From NCBI GenBank assembly GCA_951406725.2, contig OX597828.1, forward strand, positions 1,116,001 through 1,180,000: DNA of 64,000 nt. The letters run 5' to 3'. Source of the stretch: Octopus vulgaris. Its lineage: Eukaryota. The notes beneath the pieces are model-generated. The model was given only the letters and a program-made list of their open reading frames with translations, had not been told where the DNA came from and made no database searches. Below, piece after piece: positions 1 through 13,900 of the stretch. The first letter of the stretch is position 1. Each line of letters starts with the position of its first letter. Both the position numbers and the translations under genes were made by a program.

Positions 1-125
1 ATATGTATATATATATATGTATATATATATATGTATATATGTATATGTATATATATGTATATATATATGTATATATATATATGTATATATGTATATGCAT
101 ATATATATATGTATATATGTATATA

Positions 126-188
<63 letters not shown>

Positions 189-207
189 ATGTATATATGT
201 ATATGTA
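1..207. repeat. (TA)n/(TATG)n microsatellite
   Basis: Direct inspection; source of the spurious YIYI ORFs. Confidence 0.97.
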
Positions 208-209
208 TC

Positions 210-2067
210 TTTTTTTTTCTCTTCCCTTGTCTCCCCCTCTTGTTACATTGTCGTCTGTCTGGACTCCTCTCTTCCTACCACCCGCCATGGCTATGCATAC
301 TTAAGCTAGTAAACTGCCTCATTCTTGATTCCGAATTCCTTTTGCCAAGTCTGTCCGTAAACGAAGTGATCTCAAGATAAGAAATCTTTGAACTTTAATT
401 CATCCGTATCTCTATTTATTATTATTATTTATTAATTATTATTATTCTGATCCCCCTAGTCGCCACTCTGTTTACTATTTCAGCCTCGCCTCGTTTTGCA
501 TATTCTGTATAATTCACTAGTTATCGTTATAGATATTTTAAGATCTATCTCCCTTATAGAAATTGGCTGCCGATTCTTCACGGGGTTTTCTCTTCCCTTC
601 TCTCCCCCTCTTGTTACATTGTCGTCTGTCTGGACTCCTCTCTTCCTACCACCCGCCATGGCTATGCATACTTAAGCTAGTAAACTGCCTCATTCTTGAT
701 TCCGAATTCCTTTTGCCAAGTCTGTCCGTAAACGAAGTGATCTCAAGATAAGAAATCTTTGAACTTTAATTCATCCGTATCTCTATTTATTATTATTATT
801 TATTAATTATTATTATTCTGATCCCCCTAGTCGCCACTCTGTTTACTATTTCAGCCTCGCCTCGTTTTGCATATTCTGTATAATTCACTAGTTATCGTTA
901 TAGATATTTTAAGATCTATCTCCCTTATAGAAATTGGCTGCCGATTCTTCACGGGGTTTTTTCTCTTCCCTTCTCTCCCCCTCTTGTTACATTGTCGTCT
1001 GTCTGGACTCCTCTCTTCCTACCACCCGCCATGGCTATGCATACTTAAGCTAGTAAACTGCCTCATTCTTGATTCCGAATTCCTTTTGCCAAGTCTGTCC
1101 GTAAACGAAGTGATCTCAAGATAAGAAATCTTTGAACTTTAATTCATCCGTATCTCTATTTATTATTATTATTTATTAATTATTATTATTCTGATCCCCC
1201 TAGTCGCCACTCTGTTTACTATTTCAGCCTCGCCTCGTTTTGCATATTCTGTATAATTCACTAGTTATCGTTATAGATATTTTAAGATCTATCTCCCTTA
1301 TAGAAATTGGCTGCCGATTCTTCACGGGGTTTTTCTCTTCCCTTCTCTCCCCTCTTGTTACATTGTCGTCTGTCTGGACTCCTCTCTTCCTACCACCCGC
1401 CATGGCTATGCATACTTAAGCTAGTAAACTGCCTCATTCTTGATTCCGAATTCCTTTTGCCAAGTCTGTCCGTAAACGAAGTGATCTCAAGATAAGAAAT
1501 CTTTGAACTTTAATTCATCCGTATCTCTATTTATTATTATTATTTATTAATTATTATTATTCTGATCCCCCTAGTCGCCACTCTGTTTACTATTTCAGCC
1601 TCGCCTCGTTTTGCATATTCTGTATAATTCACTAGTTATCGTTATAGATATTTTAAGATCTATCTCCCTTATAGAAATTGGCTGCCGATTCTTCACGGGG
1701 TTTTTTCTCTTCCCTTCTCTCCCCCTCTTGTTACATTGTCGTCTGTCTGGACTCCTCTCTTCCTACCACCCGCCATGGCTATGCATACTTAAGCTAGTAA
1801 ACTGCCTCATTCTTGATTCCGAATTCCTTTTGCCAAGTCTGTCCGTAAACGAAGTGATCTCAAGATAAGAAATCTTTGAACTTTAATTCATCCGTATCTC
1901 TATTTATTATTATTATTTATTAATTATTATTATTCTGATCCCCCTAGTCGCCACTCTGTTTACTATTTCAGCCTCGCCTCGTTTTGCATATTCTGTATAA
2001 TTCACTAGTTATCGTTATAGATATTTTAAGATCTATCTCCCTTATAGAAATTGGCTGCCGATTCTTC
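210..2067. repeat. Tandem array of five near-identical ~372-bp units
   Basis: Identical ORF tails end at 380, 751, 1124, 1495 and 1868 (spacing 371-373). Units differ almost only in homopolymer length. Confidence 0.96.
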
Positions 2068-2146
2068 GCGGCGCGCCCGCCTACCCACCCCCACCACCAA
2101 TACCGGATATCTCTATTTTGCTCCAACTATACCGGATGTCGTTTTC

Positions 2147-3007
2147 TCCCACCACCATTATAGGTGTCTACTCTTTGAACCCCCTCTTCAATACGCTATT
2201 TCACCATGCATTACCCCTCTCTCGATATCCTACGTTCTACTTGCCTAGAACCTGTCCTCTGGACCACCCCTCCCACTGGTGCTCACCCCTCCCACTGGTG
2301 CTCACCCCTCCCACTGGTGCTCACCCCTCCCACTGGTGCTCCCCTATATTTCTGCATCCCCCCACCACCATTATAGGTGTCTACTCTTTGAACCCCCTCT
2401 TCAATACGCTATTTCACCATGCATTACCCCTCTCTCGATATCCTACGTTCTACTTGCCTAGAACCTGTCCTCTGAACCACCCCTCCCACTGGTGCTCCCC
2501 TATATTTCTGCACCCCCCCACCACCATTATAGGTGTCTACTCTTTGAACCCCCTCTTCAATACGCTATTCACCATGCATTACCCCTCTCTCGATATCCTA
2601 CATTCTACTTGCCTAGAACCTGTCCTCTGAACCACCCCTCCCACTGGTGCCCACCCCTCCCACTGGTGCTCCCCTATATTTCTGCACCCCCCCCCACCAC
2701 CATTATAGGTGTCTACTCTTTGAACCCCCTCTTCAATACGCTATTTCACCATGCATTACCCCTCTCTCGATATCCTACGTTCTACTTGCCTAGAACCTGT
2801 CCCCTGAACCACCCCTCCCACTGGTGCTCCCCTATGTTCTGCACCCCCCACCACCATTATAGGTGTCTACTCTTTGAACCCCCTCTTCAATACGCTATTT
2901 CACCATGCATTACCCCTCTCTCGATATCCTACGTTCTACTTGACTAGTACCTGTCCTCTGAACCACCCCTCCCACTGGTGCTCCCCTATATTTCTGCACC
3001 CCCCCCC
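2147..3007. repeat. Tandem array of five ~155-bp units with a nested 19-bp minisatellite
   Basis: Units begin CCACCACCATTATAGGTGTCTACTC; the 19-mer CACCCCTCCCACTGGTGCT is present 4,1,2,1,1 times. Confidence 0.93.
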
Positions 3008-3008
3008 A

Positions 3009-3257
3009 TAAAAAGCACCATCCGAACGTGGCCGATGCCAGACCCCTCTGGCACCTGTGCAGGTGGCACGTAAAAAACACCCACTACACTCGCGGAGTGG
3101 TTGGCGTTAGGAAGGGCATCTAGCTGTAGAAACACTGCCAGACTAGACTGGAGCCTGGGGCAGTCCCGAGCTCCCCAGACCCCGGTCGAAACCGTCCAAC
3201 CCGTGCTAGCACGGAAAACGGACGTTAAACGATGATGATGATGATGATGATGATGAT
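3009..3257 (+). mobile_element. 5'-truncated RTE LINE 3' end with (GAT)n tail
   Basis: Matches the 3'UTR of the RTE at 8960-9200 (GGAGTGGTTGGCGTTAGGAAGGGCATC...GGACGTTAAACGATGATG). Confidence 0.88.
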
Positions 3258-3542
<285 letters not shown>

Positions 3543-3589
3543 GTTTCAGCCATCCGGCTGAGGCCATGCTGGGGCACCGCCCTTGTTGC

Positions 3590-4710
<1,121 letters not shown>

Positions 4711-4836
4711 TAATTAATAAGGGTGAGAGAATTAGATACTAATTTAATAGTATATTTATTCAACACCAAGTGGCCTAGTGCTTCGAGAAACCTGGATTAT
4801 TATAATATTTTATAACATATTATAATATTTTTACAA

Positions 4837-5083
4837 AATAAATATAAGAGAGTGGTCACTATATTGCTCACTCTAGCACCAGTTAATCCAAAAGGTTTCA
4901 ACCACGAAAATACATGCTTACCATGAAAGTCAGTACGATTGTTAGCTCACACGATTGTTATTTGCCCTGTCCGTGTGAGCTAACAATCGTACTGACTTTC
5001 ATGGTAAGCATGTATTTTCGTGGTTGAAACCTTTTAACTGGTGCTAGGTGAGCAAATATAGTGACCACTCTCTTATATTTATT
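4837..5083. repeat. Fold-back inverted repeat (~115-bp arms, 18-nt spacer) between microsatellites
   Basis: 4837-4953 is the near-perfect reverse complement of 4972-5083. Confidence 0.93.
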
Positions 5084-5885
<802 letters not shown>

Positions 5886-5887
5886 AA

Positions 5888-8800
5888 TAGTGCTTCATAA
5901 TAGATTAGCAACCATTATATCGGCCTATGCCCCTCAGCCAGGGCTACCCGATGGACAGAAAGACAGTTTCTATGACACCCTACTGCAGACCACCTCATTG
6001 ACGAACGACAGGGACCTTCTCTTTGTGGCTGGTGATTTCAATGGGCATGTTGGACGACATGCTGGGGGCTTCCATGGCGTGCATGGAGGCTACGGTTATG
6101 GTTCCCGCAACGAGGAGGGAACCAGGCTGCTGGAGTTCTGCGATGCGAATAGTCTTATGATCTGCAACACTAACTTCAGGAAACCAACAAGCCACCTGGT
6201 CACCTACCGATCGGGCCGGCATACTAGCCAAATCGACTACATCCTCGCCAGAAAAAGGGAAAGATGGCTGCTTATAAATGCCAAAACCTTCCCAGGCGAA
6301 GAATGCACCCCACAACATAGACTGGTAGTTAGTGACTTTAGGATCAGGACTAAGAGGGCGACTAGAAGACGACCAACATGGAGAAGAAGGGTCTGGAAGC
6401 TTAAAGACCCTGCGAATGGACAGAGATTTAGAGATATGTTACTTGAAGCCTTTGACGAAGTGGAAGGGGGTATAGCTACACATGGGGTAGAAGACAACTG
6501 GACGTTTCTGAGGGACAACCTGCTGAAAGCCGCTGACCAGATCTGTGGCTGGTGCAAAGTCCCCTTAAGACCCAAAATAAAATGGTGGTGGAACAATATT
6601 GTTGATAGGGCTATTAGACAAAAGAAACAGGCTTGGAAGGCCTGGAAGAACGGTGGTAGCAGGGAAGTGTATCAGACTGCCAGAAGGGAAGCCAGGAGAC
6701 AGGTCTATCTAGCCAGAGGGGAAGCAGATAAAGAGAAATTTGCCAATGTCCTGCGCTGTGAGGATGAAAGACTTGAGGTATTTCGTGTTGCAAGACAGTG
6801 TGTGAGAGAGAATCGTGATGTGGTAGGAGAGAAATGTGTTTGCATGGAGGATGGTTCACTTGCGCTAAATGAGGATGCAAAGAGAGAAGCTTGGAGACGC
6901 CACTATGAAAGGTTGCTGAATGAGGAAAATGAATGGGATAAAGAGAGTCTGCCGAATGTTGACCCAACAGAGGGACCAGCTATCCGAGTTGATAGTTCCG
7001 TGGTAGCTAAGGCAATTAGAAGCATGAAGACAGGGAAAGCCCCAGGCCCATCAGGAATTACTGCAGAGATGCTCAAAATATCTGGTAGTGTCAGCTATAG
7101 CATAGTCACCCGTATAGTTAACCAGGTGATACACGAAGGAGTCATACCCAATGACTGGTGTAGCAGCATAAAAGTCAACTGCTACAAAGGTAAAGGCGAT
7201 GCCCTAGATACAAATAACTACAGGGGCATCAAGGTGTTGGATCAGGTAATGAAGGTTACGGAGAGGGTTATAGCCCAGTTAATTAGAGAGAGAGTTAGCT
7301 TAGATGATATGCAGTTTGGGTTCGTGCCAGGGAAAAGTACTACTGATGCTATATTCCTGGTAAGACAGCTGCAGGAGAAATACCTAGCCAAAGGTAAGCC
7401 CTTGTACCTGGCTTTTGTTGACTTAGAGAAAGCCTTTGACAGGGTCCCCCAATCCCTTATCTGGTGGTCAATGAGGAAACTAGGGATAGATGAATGGTTA
7501 GTGAGAGCTGTGCGAGCCATGTACAGAGATGCAGCTAGTAAGGTGAGGGTTGGCAACGAGTACAGTGAAGAATTCCGGGTAGAGGTTGGGGTCCACCAAG
7601 GTTCAGTCCTCAGCCCCCTCCTATTTATCATAGTCCTCCAGGCAATAACGGAAGAATTTAAGACAGGATGCCCCTGGGAGCTCCTATAGGCTGATGACCT
7701 TGCTCTAATTACTGAGTCACTATCAGAACTGGAGGAGAAGTTTCAGGTGTGGAAACAAGGATTAGAATCGAAGGGCCTTAGAATCAACCTAGCCAAAACC
7801 AAAGTCCTAATAAGTAGGAAGGTGGACCAACCACAAACGACTTCAGGTAGATGGCCCTGCTCGATCTGTAAAAAAGGTGTAGGTAGAAACTCTATAAGGT
7901 GCACCAAGTGTAAGCTATGGACACGTAAGAGGTGCAACGTCAAAGGAAGGCTAACTAGGAAAATAGTTTTTGTCTATAGCAGATGCTCAGGAGCAATAAA
8001 CACTGAAAATGTGCAGAGACCAACTTCTACCACGTTCCATGGAGAAAAACTAGAAGTAGTTGATAGCTTCGGCTACCTAGGTGACCAAGTCAGTAGCGGG
8101 GGTGGGTGTGCTGAAAGTGTAACTGCTAGAGTAAGAATAGCCTGGGCAAAGTTTAGAGAGCTCTTACCCCTGCTGGTGACAAAAGGCTTCTCACTCAGAG
8201 TAAAAGGCAGACTGTATGATGCATGTGTACGTACAGCCATGCTACATGGTAGTGAAACATGGGCTGTGACTGCTGAGGATATGCATAAGCTCGCAAGAGA
8301 TAAAGCCAGTATGCCCCGATGGATGTGTAATGTCAGTGTTCATAATCGAGTGTAAGTACCTTGAGAGAAAAGTTGGACATAAGAAGCATCAGTTGTGGTG
8401 TGCAAGAGAGACATTTGCGCTGGTATGGTCATGTGATGAGAATGGCTGAAAATAGTTGTGTGCAAAAGTGTCACACCCTAGCAGTTGAGGGAACCTGTGG
8501 GAGAGGTAGACCCAGGAAAACCTGGGACGAGGTGGTGAAGCACGACCTTCGAACTTTAGGTCTCACCAAGGAAATGACTAGAGACCGAGACCTATGGAAG
8601 TATGCTGTGCATGAGAAGACCCAGCAAGACTAGTGAGACCATAACCCGTGGCCTCTACCTGGTGTGTAGCCAGTAGACTTCTTGGGACACAAAACTCCAC
8701 TTGTGAAGACCCGTTGAGGCAAGTGAAAATCAAAATCAAACCAAATCAAATCGGATATCAGAAAGCAGAACCAAAATTGAAGTCGATCAACATCAATGGA

Positions 8801-9199
8801 AATTGCAGCTGTGATACCAGTGCCGGTGACAAGTAAGCGAACCATCCGATCGTGGCTGTTGCCAGCGCCGCCCCGACTGGCCTCCGTGCCGGTGGCACGT
8901 AAAAAGCACCATCCGTTCGTGGCCGTTGCCAGCCTCGCCTGGCCCCCGTGCCAGTGGCACGTAAAAAGCACCATCTGTCCGTGGCCGTTTGCCAGCTCCG
9001 TCTGGTACCTGTGCGGGTGGCACATAAAAAGCACCCACTACACTCACGGAGTGGTTGGCGTTAGGAAGGGCATCCAGCCGTAGAAACACTGCCAGATCAG
9101 ACTGGGCCTGATGCAGCCTTCTGGCTTCACAGACCCCAGTTGAACCGTCCAACCCATGCTAGCATGGAAAGCGGACACTAAATGATGATGATGATGATG

Positions 9200-9200
<1 letters not shown>
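5888..9200 (+). mobile_element. RTE-clade non-LTR retrotransposon, 5'-truncated, with (GAT)n tail
   Basis: APE motifs (AYAPQ, GDFNGHVG, QIDYIL), RT motifs (KAPGPSG, NYRGI, QFGF, FVDLEKAFD, GVHQGSVLSP), RTE C-terminus (LRWYGHV, RGRPRKTW), then 3'UTR and tail. Confidence 0.95.
5890..8633 (+). pseudogene. Disrupted APE-RT polyprotein of the RTE element
   Basis: ORFs 5890..7689, 7747..8355 and 8361..8633. TAG replaces the Tyr of YADD at 7687-7689; frameshift near 8350. Confidence 0.92.
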
Positions 9201-9230
<30 letters not shown>

Positions 9231-9279
9231 TATACGTATCTACACATATATACATATATATATATATACATATCTAAAC

Positions 9280-9338
<59 letters not shown>

Positions 9339-10175
9339 CATATATATATACATAGAAATATTATTATTTCTAAGTCTCTCTAAAGGAGACTACAGCAGTG
9401 GTACTGGATATTAACAGTTATCGCCAAGCTAATATGGCAGTCCATAAACATAGGAAGAAAGCTGCCGTTGATTAGCTCCAAGAGGCCATCACCTCTAGCT
9501 AGCTATATAACACATTAACCTGTGTCCATTATAACCTTCGAACAGGGATGTCTTTTTTACTATTATCAACATTGCTGCTTCGTTAAACTATGCTAAGCAG
9601 ATCCCCAAAATATTTCCTCCCACGTGTTCTTAACCACTCCCCCACCTCTCTCTCTCTATTTTACTCTGTCACTCTCTCTATGTTTCACTATGTTTCCCTC
9701 TTTCGATTACCACTCGCTTCACCAAGACTTCCTCCACCACAACCGTCCTATATAAACTAGCGCACGCACACGGACTCCCACTCGCTTTCAATCCCCTGCC
9801 AAAGAATAACGGATCCCTGATGTACAGATAAGAATTTGTTGTCTTTTCAACCTCGTTTCATCTATTTTGCTATTTCTGCACAGATCATAAACCCTTCCGT
9901 TATTAGTTCTTTTTATTATTCTGTCTAGTTCAGTAACAGGCTATCATGTAATTATAGTTTTCAATAGTCTCGTATTCCTTGTTGTTCCCTTAAGCTAACC
10001 TTAGTTCATACATTTCCTTCACCCAACATATTCATTGACTCATTCAGCTATTAAAGTTTTATCACACAGTCATTTATTCTCTAAATTTTGTCTTAGATTA
10101 TCTGACGGAGAGCTCTCTGATTTTTCAAGTCTATTTTACTATTATCAACATTTGCTATCTCGTTAAACTATGCTG

Positions 10176-11990
10176 AGAATGGGAGAAAGAGAGTCTGCCG
10201 AATATTGACCCAACAGAGAGACCAGCTATCCGAGTTGACAGTACCTTGGTAGATAAAGCAATTTAAAGTATGAAGATAGGGAGAGCCCCTGGCCCATCAG
10301 GAATTACTGCAGAGATGCTCAAAATATTAGGTAGTGTCGGCTATAGCCTGCTCACTTGTATAGTTAACCAGGTGAATTCTGGGTAGAGGCAGGGGTCCAC
10401 CAAGGTTCAGCCCTCAGCCCCATCCTATTTATCATAGTCCTCCAGGCAATAACGGAGGATTTCAAGACAGGATGCCCCTGGGAGCTCCTCTATGCTGATG
10501 ACCTTGCTCTAATTGCTGAGTCACTATCAGAACTAGAGGAGAAGTTTCAAGTATGGAAACAAGGATTAGAATCAAAGGGCCTTAGAGTCAACCTAGCTAA
10601 AACCAATGTCCAAATAAGTAGGAAGGCAGGCAAATCACAAATCCCTTCAAGTAGATGGCCCTGCTCGATCTGTAGAAAAGGCATAGGTAGAAACTAAGAT
10701 GTACCCAGTGTAAGCTATGGACACATAAGAGGTGCAGCAATATCAAAGGAAGGCTAACTGGGAGGATAGCTTTTGTATGTGGCAGATGCTCAGGAGCTAT
10801 AAATAACACTGAAAATGTGCAGAGAACAACTTCCGCCAAATTCCAGGGAGAAAAACTAGAAGTAGTTGATAGCTTCCGTTACCTAGGTGACCAAGTCAGT
10901 AGCGGGGGAGGGTGCGCTGAAAGTGTAGCTGCTAGAGTAAAAATAGTCTGGGCTAAGTTCAGAGAGCTCTTACCTCTACTGGTGACAAAAGGCCTCTTGC
11001 TCAGAGTAAAAGGTAGACTTTATGACGCGTGTGTACGAACAGCCATGCTACATGGCAGTGAAACATGGGCCGTGACTGCTGAGGACATGTGTAAGCTTGC
11101 AAGGAATGAAGCCAGCATACTCGACAGAGTGTTAGTGCCTTGAGAGAAAGGTTGGACCTAAGAAGCATTAGATATGGTGTGCAAGAGAGACGTTTGCGCT
11201 GGTATAGTGATGTGGTGAGAATGGATGTGGATAGCTGTGTGAAAAAGTGCCACACCCTAGCAGTTGAGGGAACCTGTGGAAAAGGTGGACCCAGGAAGAC
11301 CTGGAATGAGGTGGTGAAGCATGACCTCCAAACATTGGGCCTCACCGAGGCCATGACTAGTGACCAGGACCTCTGGAAATATGCTGTGCTTGAGAAGACT
11401 CGGCAAGTGCAAGTGAGACCATAACTTATGCATGCCTTTCCTTCATTGGACACTAAACTCTGCTTGCAAAGACCAGTTGAGGCAAGTGAAATCAAAGTCA
11501 GAATCAAACTCGACTGCAAAGACCTGTTGAGGCAAGTGAAATCGAAATCACACTTGGTGACTGGCATCCGTTGCTAGTGGAGTGCTAAGAGTACCATATG
11601 AGTGAGATCACTGCCAGAGCAACAAGCTGGCCTTCGTGCCGATGGCACGTTAAACACACCAGTCAAGCGTGATCGTTATTGCGTCGCCTTTCTAGCACTT
11701 GTGCTGGTGGCACGTGAAAAAACATTCAAGTGAGGTTGTTGCCAGTGCCAGTGCCACTGGACTGGCTCCTGTGCAGGTGGCACATAAAAAGCACCATTTG
11801 TGCGTGGCCGTTGCCAGTACCACCTAACTGGCACGTAAAAGCACCCACTACACTCTCGGAGTGGTTGGCATTAGGAAGGGCATCCAGCTGTAGAAACTGC
11901 CAGATCAGATTGGAGTCTGGTTCGCCAGACCTCAGTCAAACCGTCCAACCCATGCTAGCATGAGTTGGACATTAAACGATGATGATGATA
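10176..11990 (+). mobile_element. RTE copy, 5'-truncated and internally deleted
   Basis: Collinear with 6930-7130, then jumps at ~10374 (GTGA microhomology) to the equivalent of 7570; YADD intact; (GAT)n tail. Confidence 0.92.
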
Positions 11991-11999
11991 TATATACAC

Positions 12000-13900
12000 A
12001 ACTATACAGTCCTTTAGCATTAAATTTTGTAGTCAATTTAAGTGGTGTAGGTAGAACTTCCAAAGTCTCATCTATATTCTCAACTTGTTCTTTTCCAGCA
12101 TCACTCCTTTTTAGATAAACTTTCTTTCTGGGACACCAGCAACTCAATCACATCATTCTCTATCATCATCATCATCATCATCATCATCAACATATAACGT
12201 CCATTTTCTATGGGATGGATGGCTTGACAGGAACTGGCAAGACCTGGGGGCCGCACCAGGTTCTGTTTTGGCTTGGTTTCTACAGCTGGGATGTCTTTCC
12301 TAATGCCAACCACTCCACAGAGTATACTGGGTACTTGTTATGAGGCACCATCACCAGTGCATTTTATGTGGCAATCCCTTTTACATGGAACCTTGGTTTT
12401 AAGATCTCTCAGTTCTGCTGTTGTGGTGGACAAGTCTTCTTGAGTACAACAATGCACTATATATCTTGGTCCTCTCTCACCTGCTTTATAAGATTCAGTG
12501 TTTTGAGATCAGCCTTCAACACTTCGTACCATGTTTTCCTGGGTCTCCCTCTTCCACAACTTCCCTCCACTTAAAGTGGTCGCGGCACTTCTTTATGCAA
12601 CTTTCTTCAAATCTTACATCCTTTGCAAATGTTAAAATATCTTTCTGAATATGACGTAATTTTTTTGTTTGAGGAAAACTTGTAATGTCATGGATACATT
12701 CTGGCCCTAAACTTTTCAAAACACTATTCAAAGTTGAAGGTTTCACTTCATCCCATGACTCAGCTGTATTATTCACAACATCCATTATGTTGAATTTCTT
12801 TCAGAACTTTCTAACTGTAAGGTTTATCCTTCTCGTTAATTGCTTTCATAAGTTGTTTGAAAGTTCTCATATAATATGCCTTGAAGTTAGCTATCACACC
12901 TTGATCCATTGGCTGGAGCAAAGAAGTTGTATTCTTGGGGATATAACCTACTCCCGTAAGTTAACTAAGTTGACATCAGTGCATTGCCAAAAAGAAACAA
13001 TGTTTCATTGGAAATATATCTGGTATTGTACCTTTCTACTGCAGGACAAAAAAACGTTTGTAAACTACTCTTTGAAAAGGTTCTTAGTCATCCACGCTTT
13101 CTTATGTGAATGCCAAATCAATTATAGATTCAACTTTATGTTACCTTTGAAAGCCCTTAGATTTTCAGAGTGACACGTGTAGGGGCTTTAATTTCTTATC
13201 ACCTGCAACATTTCCTGCTAAAAGGAGTGTCAGACGATTTCTAAAAGCTTTAAATCCTAGTATTAATTTTTTTCTTAAGAAATAAAAGTTGTAGCAGGCA
13301 TGCACTTCCAGAAAAGTACAATCACATGAACATTGTATACTTGCTCTGGTATGTAACCCCCTGCAGCAATCATTTTCTTCAGCCACCCAGGATAATTAAT
13401 AGCAGCCTTTGTATCAACATTTGCAGTTTCACCAATCATTTTTATGTTGTACAAATTCATGCACTTCTTAAACCTTTCAAACCAGCTTTTACAAGCCAAA
13501 AAGGGATTTTCATTAGAAGTTTTACCTTCCTTTTCCAAATAAACTTGTGGCTCTTTTTTGAATTACCATTGTGTTTATCGGCACTTTATTCTGATCCTAT
13601 GCTAATTCTGATTGAGGATCAGAATCAGCGTGAAGTCACTCCATTTTAAGCATTACATTAGACCTATGGAACAATAAGGTCCAGACAGTTAATGGAGTAG
13701 CTTCTTAAACACTTGCCATAATTTTCTCTCTGTTGTCACATATTATTGCCATTGCAGACATTGCAAGATTTAATATTTTGACAATGTAACTTGGTTTTAC
13801 TTCAGCATGAATTCATTTTAAAACATCAAGTTTAATATCCAGTGTAGATCCTTTATGGTTCTTTTTTGTATTACTACCCTCAAATCTACTTGATAGCTTC
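12000..13900 (-). mobile_element. Decayed Tigger/pogo (CENP-B-like) DNA transposon, interrupted by an RTE 3' fragment at ~12165-12600
   Basis: ORF 13275..13538 (SWFERFKK...GETANVD...GGYIPEQVYN...LFWKCMP..TFIS) is pogo/Tigger-like; 12516..12785 continues it. Confidence 0.82.
12165..12600 (-). mobile_element. RTE 3' fragment
   Basis: (ATC)n followed by the reverse complement of the RTE tail and ORF end. Confidence 0.8.

Noticed and set aside
210-2067. Apparent 371/373 alternation (higher-order repeat) and the repeated 62-85 aa ORF
   Set aside because: Length differences come from different homopolymer runs in different units; ORF starts are non-ATG and no domain is recognisable.
2265-2340. 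CRISPR-like short repeats
   Set aside because: 19-bp units are head-to-tail with no unique spacers, there are no cas genes, and the context is eukaryotic.
5995-7943. Minus-strand ORFs overlapping the RTE ORF (similarly for the Gypsy, Academ and R4 elements)
   Set aside because: Antisense shadows of coding sequence with no independent support.
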